Assembly (NCBI GenBank): GCA_964437525.1
Contig: CAYTHG010000002.1
Location: forward strand, 1-46,094
DNA from: an uncultured Myxococcales bacterium
GTDB lineage: Bacteria; Myxococcota_A; SURF-8
Length of the DNA stretch: 46,094 nucleotides
Direction of reading: 5' to 3'
Positions 1-8,549 of this stretch are shown in pieces (position 1 is the first letter of the stretch; the number at the start of each line of letters is the position of its first letter). The notes beneath the pieces were generated by a model. That model searched no databases. It saw only the letters and a list, made by a program, of their open reading frames with translations, and had not been told where the DNA came from. A program made the position numbers and the translations under genes.

Positions 1-13
1 CCCGGCAATATCA

Positions 14-103
14 TGGCGGAGAGAGAGGGATTCGAACCCTCGGTGCCCGTTAAGGCACATACGAATTCCAATCGTACACCTTCGGCCTCTCGGTCATCTC
101 TCC
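14..103 (-). tRNA. tRNA-Ser (anticodon GGA), class II long variable arm, CCA encoded
   Basis: The reverse complement reads GGAGAGA-TG-ACCGAGAGGCCGAAGGT-G. The anticodon arm is TACGA/TTGGAAT/TCGTA (anticodon GGA). The variable arm is GTGCC-ttaacg-GGCAC, the T arm GAGGG-TTCGAAT-CCCTC, and the acceptor end TCTCTCC-G-CCA. Confidence 0.9.
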
Positions 104-130
104 GAAATTTGCAAACTACACATGAAGCTA

Positions 131-219
131 TGGCGGAGAGACTGGGATTCGAACCCAGGGTACCCAAAGGGTACACATAATTTCGAGTCATGCGCCTTCG
201 ACCACTCGGCCATCTCTCC
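131..219 (-). tRNA. tRNA-Ser (anticodon CGA), class II long variable arm, CCA encoded
   Basis: The reverse complement reads GGAGAGATGGCCGAGTGGTCGAAGGCG. The anticodon arm is CATGA/CTCGAAA/TTATG (anticodon CGA). A long variable arm follows, then T arm CTGGG-TTCGAAT-CCCAG and acceptor end TCTCTCC-G-CCA. Confidence 0.9.
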
Positions 220-253
220 ACATCAAGAGTCATCGTTTAAAAACGATCTCTTG

Positions 254-715
254 TCAGCTTTTATTTCTCAGCTTTTTAAAGAACTCTTTCAACATCTTCG
301 AGGATTCCTCCTCCAAGACTCCCTCGACCACTTCTATTACGTGGTTGAGGCGCTGATCGGATGCCAGTTCGTACAAAGAGCGCACGGCACCCGCCTTGGG
401 ATCGCGTGCTCCGAAAACCAGCTTCTCCACCCGGGATTGCAATAAAGCTCCCATGCACATGATACATGGTTCCAGGGTGACGTAAATGGTGCAACCTTCG
501 AGACGCCAGCTTCCGACTTTTCGTACCGCTTTTTCTACAGCGCGAATTTCGGCATGTCCCAAGGGACTCTGACTGGCTTCTCTGTCGTTTCTGCCTGTGG
601 CCAAAAGACCGTCGGCGTTGACGATTACCGCCCCGACAGGAACTTCTCCGACATCGGCTGCGGCTTTCGCTTCTAAAAGCGCCAGCTCCATCCATTGTCG
701 GTGGTCGTTTTCCAA
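254..715 (-). CDS. tadA: tRNA-specific adenosine deaminase TadA
   Basis: 153-aa ORF with CMP/dCMP deaminase zinc motifs HAE(IRAVE) and PC(IM)C. The TTG start at 715 is preceded by AGGAGG with a 6-nt spacer. Size is typical for TadA. Confidence 0.9.
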   Translation of the reverse strand: MENDHRQWMELALLEAKAAADVGEVPVGAVIVNADGLLATGRNDREASQSPLGHAEIRAVEKAVRKVGSWRLEGCTIYVTLEPCIMCMGALLQSRVEKLVFGARDPKAGAVRSLYELASDQRLNHVIEVVEGVLEEESSKMLKEFFKKLRNKS

Positions 716-823
716 GGTTGACCTCCTATACCGATTTTAAAGAACGGCCCGATTGAGCCTAGTTTGTTTAGCTGAAACCGAGCCGATTGTCAAATGTAAG
801 ATGCGGTTTTTTCAAAATATGGC

Positions 824-854
824 AAAAAAAGGGGCGCATCCAAAGATACGCCCC
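824..854 (-). terminator. Rho-independent terminator candidate downstream of 880..1560
   Basis: On the minus strand: GGGGCG-tatctttggatg-CGCCCC followed by T7, about 26 nt after the stop codon. Confidence 0.6.
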
Positions 855-879
855 TTAAAATCACTCGATTCGTTCCAGC

Positions 880-1560
880 TTATTCAGCCGAAATTCCCGA
901 GATCGGGGTCATGATTTTTTTGCGCTCGTTGCCTGCAGCGATGGTGTTGATCAGAGCAATAATGGAATCGTTCAAGCAAACTTTGGTTTTTTCCATAGCG
1001 GCGATGTTTTCATCGTCCGGATATTCAGCGGCGAAATCGAAGCATGTGTTGGGTCCACAGTCGCTGTCGTCACAGCAGGAACGCAGGCACATGGCTTTGA
1101 GCAGCGGGTTTTCGCCGATCAGAGTTGACAACTCGAAGCATGTTCCGCCCAACTCGGCCGGACAGGTGCTGTCGTCTTCGACATCGCAATTCAATTTGAA
1201 GCAGTAGCCGCCTTCAACCTGGCAACCACCATCAGGGCATTCGCCACCAGCCATATTGACAACAATGTTGGTCAAAAGGTCGGTGTCAAGGCAAGCTTCG
1301 GTTACACAGTCTTCGTTCTCAATGCAGGCAGCGCCGGGCTGGGTTGCCTGGGGCTCGCCAGTGGGTTCACATTCGCCTTCGCCTTCGCCTTCACCCTCGC
1401 CCTCGCCTTCGCCTTCGCCTTCGCCTTCACCCTCGCCTTCGCCTTCACCTTCGCCTTCACCTTCGCCGGAGTCGTCATCGTCGCCACCGCAGCCGTAAGC
1501 TACCAAGCCGACAACAGCAATCATCAGCACGAACAAAAACAGAATAGATTTTCTCTTCAT
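880..1560 (-). CDS. Secreted Cys-rich (lipo)protein with (Gly-Glu)16 linker, function unknown
   Basis: 226-aa ORF with GAGGAG upstream of the ATG. It has a signal peptide ending ..LVAYGC, then GGDDDDS and 16 GE repeats, then a C-terminal domain with many Cys. Confidence 0.75.
   Translation of the reverse strand: MKRKSILFLFVLMIAVVGLVAYGCGGDDDDSGEGEGEGEGEGEGEGEGEGEGEGEGEGEGEGECEPTGEPQATQPGAACIENEDCVTEACLDTDLLTNIVVNMAGGECPDGGCQVEGGYCFKLNCDVEDDSTCPAELGGTCFELSTLIGENPLLKAMCLRSCCDDSDCGPNTCFDFAAEYPDDENIAAMEKTKVCLNDSIIALINTIAAGNERKKIMTPISGISAE
1372..1467. repeat. Coding hexanucleotide microsatellite (TTCGCC/TTCACC/CTCGCC x16), giving (GE)16
   Basis: I counted 16 consecutive 6-nt units directly in the sequence. 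Confidence 0.9.
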
Positions 1561-1739
1561 TTTCTTCTCCTCTTTTTTTGTCTTCGATACACAAGTTTAT
1601 TATACGCCACGCGCAAAATAAAAAGTATTACTGACTAACCAAAATCAGGTAGAATGCTAGCAGTGTCATCACAATTGGTCAAGATTTATCAATGACGCCA
1701 AGCGTAAGACGTTATTGAGTAGTTAAAACGGGGGTTTCC

Positions 1740-4148
1740 ATGAAGTCAGCCATGTTTCTTGTCACGTTTATGGTCTGCATTCTAATGTTTGCTGCCTGTG
1801 CCGACGATTCGTCCGAGACGATATCTCCCACCGATGGTGACGTGGAAGCCGATGGTGACGTGGAAGCCGACGACGACGAAGAACTTGAGTCGGAGCTTGA
1901 AGGCGAGACCGACGACAACCTCAACATCCCCAACGATCCCAAAGGTCAACTCGGGCCGGGCTACGCAGATGAAGGCTTTATCAAAGAATTCCCTTACTTC
2001 GATACCGACACCCAGGGGCTGCCTTCCAAAAACGTGCTGAAGCTCTATCCGCTCGGCGACGATTCCATGCTGGCTCTAAGCGACTCCGGCCCGGCCAGCT
2101 TTGATGGCGACAATTCGAGCTGGAGCGCTTTCGATAGCGGCTGCACCATGCAGGGACATCCCACACTGGCGGCCCTGCTCGACGGCCAGCCTGTGGCATA
2201 TGCCAGCGAACACGAAGGCGCTTTCTCCCTTTATTACATGGACAATTCCGGCACCTGTCAGGAATTGGCGGCGGCAAGTGAAGTCAAGGTGCTGTTGGCG
2301 GCGAATATCGCCGGTGAAAAACATTACGGCGCAGGTTTTGCGAACGGCAGCATCATGCACTGGAGCGAAAGTACAACAGCGGTGGCGCTCGCACTGGATG
2401 AAGCGGGTGCGGTTATGGCAGGCGGCGTACTGTCCGACGGCAGTTTCATATTCGCTCAGAACGCACACCTCTATAAAAACTCCGACATCACTTCTCCCGG
2501 CACGTTTACTGCGCTTGCAGCTCCGACGCTTGCAGAAGAACAGCTCATAAACACGCTCGAAGTCCTGCCTGATGACAGTCTGGTTTTAGGAAGCAATCAA
2601 GGATTGCTTTTACAGGAAAGCGCAGGCGGGGCGTTTATCGAATGGCCGCACGAGACAAGCTATCCCGAGATCAGCGCCATAAAATTCTATCCGCAGCAGG
2701 ACGACGCCAGCAAGGGTATGTACCTGATAGGCACTAGCTACGGCGCTTGGTACCAGCGCGACCATAACGACCCGCACAAAGTCAAACACTACTTCGGCTC
2801 GCAAGTCTGGCTTTTGTCGCAGACCGTAAACGATGTGGCCTACGATGGCCGCTACATGTATTTCGCCACACCCGAGGGCATCACCCGCGTGGAAGAACGT
2901 GAGATTACACTAGCCGAAGTCGCCGCCGAATACGACCGCATTACGCAGGAGCGCCATATGCGCGACGGCTACACATCCACCAATAACATTCTGGATATCC
3001 CCGGCGACGTGACAAGCTATAGAAACGGCGACGACGACAACGACGGTCAGTGGACGGAAATGTATCTGGCTTCCCAGTCATTACGTTACGCCGTAACCGG
3101 CAGCGAAGAAGCCAAAGCAAATGCACGCACCGCCATGCAGGCCATGTTGCGCCTGGAAGCCGTAACGGGCGTACCCGGATTTTTCGCCCGCTCCACCATT
3201 CCCGCCGACGATCAATGTCAGGCCAGGATAGACGCCGGACCTTCCGTGGGCGAATGGCATTTTTCGGAGACCTTGCCGGAATACTGCTGGAAGGGCGATC
3301 CCTCCACCGATGAATTCATCGGCCATTTCTACGGCCTGCCCATCTATTACGATCTGGTGGCCGATGAGAACGAAAAAGAACAGATACGCGCCACCATCAC
3401 AAGGACGCTTGATGCCGTCATCGACGGCGGCTACTGCTGGCGCGACTTGGACGGCGAATGCACCACGCACGCCAAGTTCGAACCCGAATACATAAATCAT
3501 CCTTTAGGCGGACAGCTTGGCGATGCCGGTTTCAACGGCGTGGTGATTCTGGCTGCATTGCGCTTCGCTTATTACGCCACGGGGGAAGAGCGCTTCGAAG
3601 AGGCTTTCCATTATCTGGCGGTGGATGAAGGTTTCGCCGAATGGGTGCGTATCTGCCATGAAATCAACACGCGCTTTTTAGTGAACCACGACACCAACGA
3701 AATGCTTGCCATGGCGCTTTTGACGCTGACGCGCTACGAGTACGATCCGTATTTCATGGAAATCTGGCAGGAAGGAGTCGATTTAGAATGGCAGTCGCAG
3801 CGCCCGGAGAAAAACCCGGAGTTCAACTTTACGCGCTCATGGGCAGCCAACGACAGCGAATGCGATTTACAGGATTCCATCGACACGCTGCAAATGCTGC
3901 CCTATTCGCTCATAAAATGGGATGTTGACAACCTGCCACGCACCGACATAGATAAAAATCCCCACGACGACCGCCACAAAGTGCCGCAGAACATGAGCGT
4001 CCTGCCATACGACGAGCGCCGCAGTATGCGCTGGGCCGAAAATCCCTACGCGCTGCAACAGGGCGGAGCCGGACACTCGGAGTTGTCGGGCACACCCTGG
4101 CTGCTGCCTTACTGGATGGGCCGCTACCTGGATCTGATTTCGGAATAG
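1740..4148 (+). CDS. Large lipoprotein with acidic N-terminal linker, function unknown
   Basis: 802-aa ORF with a signal peptide and lipobox-like MFAAC. A duplicated DGDVEA motif and an acidic stretch follow. The C-terminal half is helix-rich (e.g. GQWTEMYLASQSLRYAV, NGVVILAALRFAYYATG). I recognised no family motif. Confidence 0.75.
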   Translation: MKSAMFLVTFMVCILMFAACADDSSETISPTDGDVEADGDVEADDDEELESELEGETDDNLNIPNDPKGQLGPGYADEGFIKEFPYFDTDTQGLPSKNVLKLYPLGDDSMLALSDSGPASFDGDNSSWSAFDSGCTMQGHPTLAALLDGQPVAYASEHEGAFSLYYMDNSGTCQELAAASEVKVLLAANIAGEKHYGAGFANGSIMHWSESTTAVALALDEAGAVMAGGVLSDGSFIFAQNAHLYKNSDITSPGTFTALAAPTLAEEQLINTLEVLPDDSLVLGSNQGLLLQESAGGAFIEWPHETSYPEISAIKFYPQQDDASKGMYLIGTSYGAWYQRDHNDPHKVKHYFGSQVWLLSQTVNDVAYDGRYMYFATPEGITRVEEREITLAEVAAEYDRITQERHMRDGYTSTNNILDIPGDVTSYRNGDDDNDGQWTEMYLASQSLRYAVTGSEEAKANARTAMQAMLRLEAVTGVPGFFARSTIPADDQCQARIDAGPSVGEWHFSETLPEYCWKGDPSTDEFIGHFYGLPIYYDLVADENEKEQIRATITRTLDAVIDGGYCWRDLDGECTTHAKFEPEYINHPLGGQLGDAGFNGVVILAALRFAYYATGEERFEEAFHYLAVDEGFAEWVRICHEINTRFLVNHDTNEMLAMALLTLTRYEYDPYFMEIWQEGVDLEWQSQRPEKNPEFNFTRSWAANDSECDLQDSIDTLQMLPYSLIKWDVDNLPRTDIDKNPHDDRHKVPQNMSVLPYDERRSMRWAENPYALQQGGAGHSELSGTPWLLPYWMGRYLDLISE

Positions 4149-4192
4149 CCAAAGAAGAATTGAGGAATGGCAAGGGTAGCATTAGTTCTCGC

Positions 4193-4303
4193 GTAGGTCG
4201 GATAAACTTGTTATCCGACACGAATCGAAAATTGTCGGGTGAAGATTCACTCGACGATAAGATTTTTAGTTCTCGCGTAGGTCGGGCAAATTTCTTGCCC
4301 GAC
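4193..4303. repeat. Two GTAG-headed REP hairpins (4193..4219 and 4277..4303) sharing the leader TAGTTCTCGCGTAGGTCGG
   Basis: GTAGGTCGGATAAacttgTTATCCGAC and GTAGGTCGGGCAAatttcTTGCCCGAC, each a 7-9 bp stem. The same family recurs across the window. Confidence 0.85.
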
Positions 4304-4342
4304 GATGGGACTTGTAGAGACTTGAAAATGGAGGATGGAGTA

Positions 4343-5200
4343 ATGGCAGCCAGAAAACCGATAATCGCCATCTGCTACGACTTTGACGGCACACTTGCAC
4401 ACGGTAACATACAAGAAAACAGTTTTCTTCCAGAACTCAATATAGAATCCGATGATTTCTGGGATGACGTTAGCAAAAATACAAAAGATCATAATGCTGA
4501 TCGAATTTTAACCTATATGCATCTTATGCTTGAAGAAGCGAGAAACACAAAAAGTGAAAACCAGATAACGAAATCAGCTATTCGCGCACATGGAAAGAAA
4601 GCTGCTCTGTATAGAGGTGTTAAAGTATGGTTTGGTCGAATTGATGAATATGCAAAAGACAAAGGTGCCAAGATAGAGCACTACATTATTTCGTCTGGAT
4701 TGAAAGAAATGATAGAAGGTTCGCCTATTGGAGATAAATTCGAGGGAATTTTTGCATCGTCTTTCCGTTACAACAGTGCCGATATTGCAGAATGGCCAGC
4801 TCTTGCCTTGAATTATACAACGAAGACCCAATACCTATTCCGCATAAATAAAGGTGTTAAGGAAATATATGAAGATAAAAAAGTCAATGAGTATAAGGCA
4901 CCGGAAAAAAGACGAATTCCGTTCACGCGAATGGTATATATAGGAGACGGAGACACGGACATTCCTTGTATGAAATTGGTAAAGGATCAAGGTGGCTTCT
5001 CAATTGTTGTTTACGAACCAGACGAGAAAGAGGAAAATGAAAAAAATAACAAAGAAAAAGCCAGCAAATTGATCGAAAATAATCGAGCCAATTTTATTGC
5101 ACCGGCCGATTATCGAAAAGATAAAAAACTGGACAAGCAAATAAAAACCATCATCGATAAAGTCATTGCCGATTTTAATGTGCAAAAATTGATGCCCTAG
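4343..5200 (+). CDS. HAD-superfamily hydrolase (phosphatase-like), on an AT-rich island
   Basis: HAD motif I is YDFDGTL (DxDGT) and motif IV is GDGDTD, with an SSG motif between them. GGAGG lies 9 nt upstream of the ATG at 4343. The upstream part of the 4160 ORF reads through REP units and is not coding. Confidence 0.75.
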   Translation: MAARKPIIAICYDFDGTLAHGNIQENSFLPELNIESDDFWDDVSKNTKDHNADRILTYMHLMLEEARNTKSENQITKSAIRAHGKKAALYRGVKVWFGRIDEYAKDKGAKIEHYIISSGLKEMIEGSPIGDKFEGIFASSFRYNSADIAEWPALALNYTTKTQYLFRINKGVKEIYEDKKVNEYKAPEKRRIPFTRMVYIGDGDTDIPCMKLVKDQGGFSIVVYEPDEKEENEKNNKEKASKLIENNRANFIAPADYRKDKKLDKQIKTIIDKVIADFNVQKLMP

Positions 5201-5220
5201 ATCCAGGTTTGTAGCCATTT

Positions 5221-5277
5221 GTCGGGCAAGAAATTTGCCCGACCTACGCGCTGGATTCCCGCCTGCGCGGGAATGAC
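5221..5277. repeat. REP hairpin in inverse orientation (5221..5247) plus a GATTCCCGC-ctgc-GCGGGAATGAC hairpin (5254..5277)
   Basis: GTCGGGCAAgaaatTTGCCCGACCTAC, followed by an 8-bp-stem hairpin of the GTCAT-family. Confidence 0.85.
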
Positions 5278-5335
5278 AATTTCGGATTTTCCACCCGCTT
5301 CAACGGAAGTTTGTCTTGTCGGATTGGAGCAGAGG

Positions 5336-5629
5336 CTAGGCGCTTATCAACTCCTGCAGGGATCTTTCGACGCGCTCTTCGACTTTGCCCTTAAAGGCCG
5401 CCAGCATCAGGGAAAGATCTATCATGATCCCTATGCCGTTTGCGCTCAACTCCACTTTGCCCTTAAAGCCACTGCCCTTGAAGTCGATGCCGCTTTTGTC
5501 CGGTCGCCATTCGTAATCCATATTCAAAGACGCCATTCTGTCCTGAAGCTTTTCCACCAGTTCCTCGGCGCGCTTGCGCAACTCTTCCATGGGCAGATTG
5601 TGGTTTTTGTTTATCTTGATCTTGGGCAC
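5336..5629 (-). CDS. PHA_gran_rgn-like small protein (putative polyhydroxyalkanoic acid system protein family)
   Basis: About 97 aa from a GTG at 5629, with GAGGAG 7 nt upstream. The pattern IKINKNHNLPMEELRKRAEELVEKL..YEW....IDFKGSGFKGKVEL....I.IDL.LMLAAFKGKVEERVERSLQEL matches my recollection of TIGR02610-type proteins. Confidence 0.6.
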   Translation of the reverse strand: MPKIKINKNHNLPMEELRKRAEELVEKLQDRMASLNMDYEWRPDKSGIDFKGSGFKGKVELSANGIGIMIDLSLMLAAFKGKVEERVERSLQELISA

Positions 5630-5774
5630 GACTCGTCTCCTCGTTACCAGCGTGTAAATCATTGTGGACTTGGATAGCAGATAGCCCCGCATCGTGTCAA
5701 GTGGGAAGACTTCAAACAGTATGCGAAGCTCAGGGTAGTTTAAAAACTTGCGACTCGGCCAGTTTATCGCTGTT

Positions 5775-8228
5775 TCAATACCCGATCCCTTTGAGCATCG
5801 CCTTCGTGTCTTCCTCAAGGTCCTGTCTGCATTCTATGACATTTGGATGAAGTTGATACTGAGCGATGTTTTTAGACGGGTCTATGATTCCGGAGATAGT
5901 CAGACTGCCTTCGTTTTTCGTGCCGCCCGCCACCACCACTACCGAAAGACCGTCTTTATCGATTTTGTACTGCAAGCCTTCTACGGAGTCTATTTTCCAG
6001 GATAACCCCTCCACCATGCTGTAGTTGTCTCCCGATATCATGAAGGTTCTGCTCTCCGCCTGGCGCCCGGCCTTCAGCGGGAAGTGCAGAGACACCTTAA
6101 CTTGTCTTCGGCTGGCGGCCTTCTCGCTTGCATATGTCTGGTACATGCTGTTGATGCTCAAAGGCTCGTGGTAATCGCTGATATCCGCCAGATAAGAGCA
6201 ATCCTCGTGCAACAGGCAGTTGTTGATGCTTTTGCGATTGACACATTTGAGCCTTTTGGACTCTTTCCCGAGTTCCTCGAAACACATCTCGGAGCGTTCG
6301 CGTACGATCCATGAATCAAGCTTACGTATCAGCGCAGAATAATCGCGACTCAATGCCACGCGCTCGAATCCGGGCGGGAGCTTTTCGGCTATCAGGTCGT
6401 TACGTTTCTTGAAAACAAGCAATGCCGGTTTCTTGCGAGGTTCTGTCGTTCGATCGGAATAAAAGAAATAAAGGGCGTTTATAAAGTGTGTTCTGTTCGG
6501 TGTTTCAAGTCTGTTGAGAAGGTCGTCAAACTCAAATCCCTCATGCTGGAATTTCTCCGCCAGAGCTTCAACATCGCGCACGCTCCATCCCTGTTTGCTC
6601 TTTGCTTGCAGGTGTGCCCAGTCTTTGTCGTACAAAAAGCCAGCGTAGCAAAACAAAAGGCCGCAGATAAGGAGGGCTGCAAACGATTTCTTTGCCATGC
6701 CGCCGTTTTGCGACAGCGTGCGGTAGACTTTAAAAAGCAAGGTTGCAAGTACAAGGGCATAGGCGGGTCCGGCGGCGATGAAAAAACGCGGATGCAGATA
6801 GTTCTCTCCGATGAGGCTCAATGAATGTATGGAGAAGCTTATATAGACTGCAGAAAGACTCCACCACAAAAGGCGACGATCATCATCGGAATAGGCCTGC
6901 AATCGCCAGGACGAAAAGGCTCCCAAAATCGCAGACACAGGCGGAACAATCACGAAAGGCCAAAACAATCCCGAGTTCCAGAGCGGTTCCAGATCCAGAA
7001 TATGAGTCTCGAATGATGCGGCGAAGAAGCTGCCGTAGAAAGCCAGAACGGAGAATATGAAATTGCGCAATCTGTTTTCATGCCACAGTCCGGCGCAGAA
7101 AAAGTATAGCGGCAAAAGCAGCAGCATGACAATGTGAGTGTCTGTCATCAGACCTAGAAGCACGCCTGCCAGCATCAACTTTTTAAAGCCCGGCTTGTTG
7201 AAAATTGAATCCATGAGGACATAAAACAACACCAGCGGTAAGGCTATGAAGCGCGTGTTGGCAATGTAGGGACAGGCCGATTGTCCGAGGCTTATCAGTG
7301 CAAACAGGATTCCTGCCAGAAAAGCGAAGAACGGACCGCGCTTCAAAGCCAGATATAGCGTGAGAATAATCACTGCCAGAGAATGTAGAGCAGCCGCCAG
7401 GAAAGAAAGTCCGCCGAATCCAAAACCGAGACGATTGAATTCACCCAGAGCCTTCAGCCACAAAACTCCATGATGCAGACTGTAGCTGGAAACGTTTCCA
7501 GTGAGGAGATGGAAATCTCCTTCTGCATAATGTCTTATTTTGAGCAGCGTATCGCTCACCGGATGGTGGATGGGCGCATCGTCTCCCAAGTGATAAAAAA
7601 GAGCGAATGACACCGCGCCGCAAAAGAGCGAGACTATCAAGGCCGGCATCAGGCATGTGTCCGGCTCGGAATAGACAACCAATCGACTGCGCCTGACAAT
7701 AACCAGCACAAAAAACAGGGCCAGAAACATGGACAGGTAAGGTGTCCCCAGCCAGTAGCGTATTTGATACGAGAACTCCGGTGTTGTTTCGATGTGTTTT
7801 TGTGGAGGAGGACTTTTCTTGTCTTCAGCGGAAGAGACGAATGGATCGGAGTTTGAGACTTCGTGCTTTTTAAGTATCTCCATTGTGGCCAGAAGCAGAC
7901 CCTCAGGCGGAAATTTTTCCGGTGCCGGTTGCAGGCGATATTGCTTTGTCGCCCATTCCGAAGGATTACCGTCTTTATTGGCAGCGATTTCCAGGCCGGT
8001 TTTTTCTCCGCTATTTACAAGTTCTATCCTTACGAATTCGGCGTGTTTATTGATTTTCAGCACCTGCCAGCCATCGGCGATAATCTCGCCTTTGTCAAAC
8101 GGCAACTTTACAGATGCAACAGCCTGAGAAGCGGCGAAGACAGACAAAACAACGAGTGCCAGCAGCAATATTTGTGAAGTTCTCAGATTTTCCTTTGAAA
8201 ATATGGACATATTCTTCCGATCTTTCAT
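5775..8228 (-). CDS. Large polytopic membrane protein (GT-C-like architecture), paralog of 41985..44219
   Basis: 817-aa ORF. It has a signal/anchor, a ~150-aa periplasmic domain, about 11-13 hydrophobic helices and a ~250-aa soluble C-terminal domain. The N-terminal domain aligns by eye with the 756-aa protein (DGWQV..IN.HAEF.R..LV......LE..AN..GNP..W.T...RLQP.P...PPE.LLL). Confidence 0.8.
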   Translation of the reverse strand: MKDRKNMSIFSKENLRTSQILLLALVVLSVFAASQAVASVKLPFDKGEIIADGWQVLKINKHAEFVRIELVNSGEKTGLEIAANKDGNPSEWATKQYRLQPAPEKFPPEGLLLATMEILKKHEVSNSDPFVSSAEDKKSPPPQKHIETTPEFSYQIRYWLGTPYLSMFLALFFVLVIVRRSRLVVYSEPDTCLMPALIVSLFCGAVSFALFYHLGDDAPIHHPVSDTLLKIRHYAEGDFHLLTGNVSSYSLHHGVLWLKALGEFNRLGFGFGGLSFLAAALHSLAVIILTLYLALKRGPFFAFLAGILFALISLGQSACPYIANTRFIALPLVLFYVLMDSIFNKPGFKKLMLAGVLLGLMTDTHIVMLLLLPLYFFCAGLWHENRLRNFIFSVLAFYGSFFAASFETHILDLEPLWNSGLFWPFVIVPPVSAILGAFSSWRLQAYSDDDRRLLWWSLSAVYISFSIHSLSLIGENYLHPRFFIAAGPAYALVLATLLFKVYRTLSQNGGMAKKSFAALLICGLLFCYAGFLYDKDWAHLQAKSKQGWSVRDVEALAEKFQHEGFEFDDLLNRLETPNRTHFINALYFFYSDRTTEPRKKPALLVFKKRNDLIAEKLPPGFERVALSRDYSALIRKLDSWIVRERSEMCFEELGKESKRLKCVNRKSINNCLLHEDCSYLADISDYHEPLSINSMYQTYASEKAASRRQVKVSLHFPLKAGRQAESRTFMISGDNYSMVEGLSWKIDSVEGLQYKIDKDGLSVVVVAGGTKNEGSLTISGIIDPSKNIAQYQLHPNVIECRQDLEEDTKAMLKGIGY

Positions 8229-8246
8229 GGAAGGTATCCGAAAGAC

Positions 8247-8447
8247 TCAAGCAACACCGGTTTTGGAGGTTCCCTTTGCAAAATCCAGTCTCCAGTACTC
8301 GGGGTGTTTGTCTATGCTGCTGATTTTGTATTTGTCTATGGATTGGCCCATGAAAAATGGAGAGTCGTTGCCCTCTGCATACAACAATCCACCTGATGCC
8401 AAGATAAAAAACGACAACAATACGGATATGATACCCCTCCGGAACAT
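8247..8447 (-). CDS. Small secreted protein, possible truncated copy of the N-terminal domain of the downstream membrane protein
   Basis: MFRRGIISVLLSFFILASGGLLYA is a signal peptide. ISSIDKHPEYWRLDFAKGTSKTG resembles VLKINKHAEFVRIELVNSGEKTG of the 817-aa protein. There is no convincing RBS and the start is uncertain (8447 or 8477). Confidence 0.35.
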   Translation of the reverse strand: MFRRGIISVLLSFFILASGGLLYAEGNDSPFFMGQSIDKYKISSIDKHPEYWRLDFAKGTSKTGVA

Positions 8448-8549
8448 GAAAAAACTATTCCCCCAAGTTTGTTTCAAACTTCAAAAGCAAAGGAGCAGGG
8501 TCGATCCAAAACCCTGCTCCTTGAAAGATCACGATTTTCAATAATCAGC

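Noticed and set aside
122-445. 107-aa plus-strand ORF overlapping tRNA-Ser and tadA
   Set aside because: It overlaps a tRNA gene on the opposite strand and is antisense to tadA. It has no RBS or motif.
5219-5677. ORFs that start in or read through REP/MITE units: 5219..5677, 3910..4371, 12411..12686, 17905..18270, 18161..18496, 23443..23826, 29645..29956, 29677..30096, 29769..30134
   Set aside because: Their N-termini are translations of palindromic repeats (GKKFARPT, IPACAGMT, RYAQDDK, QEICPTYG). The remainder is antisense or intergenic, so they are not genes.
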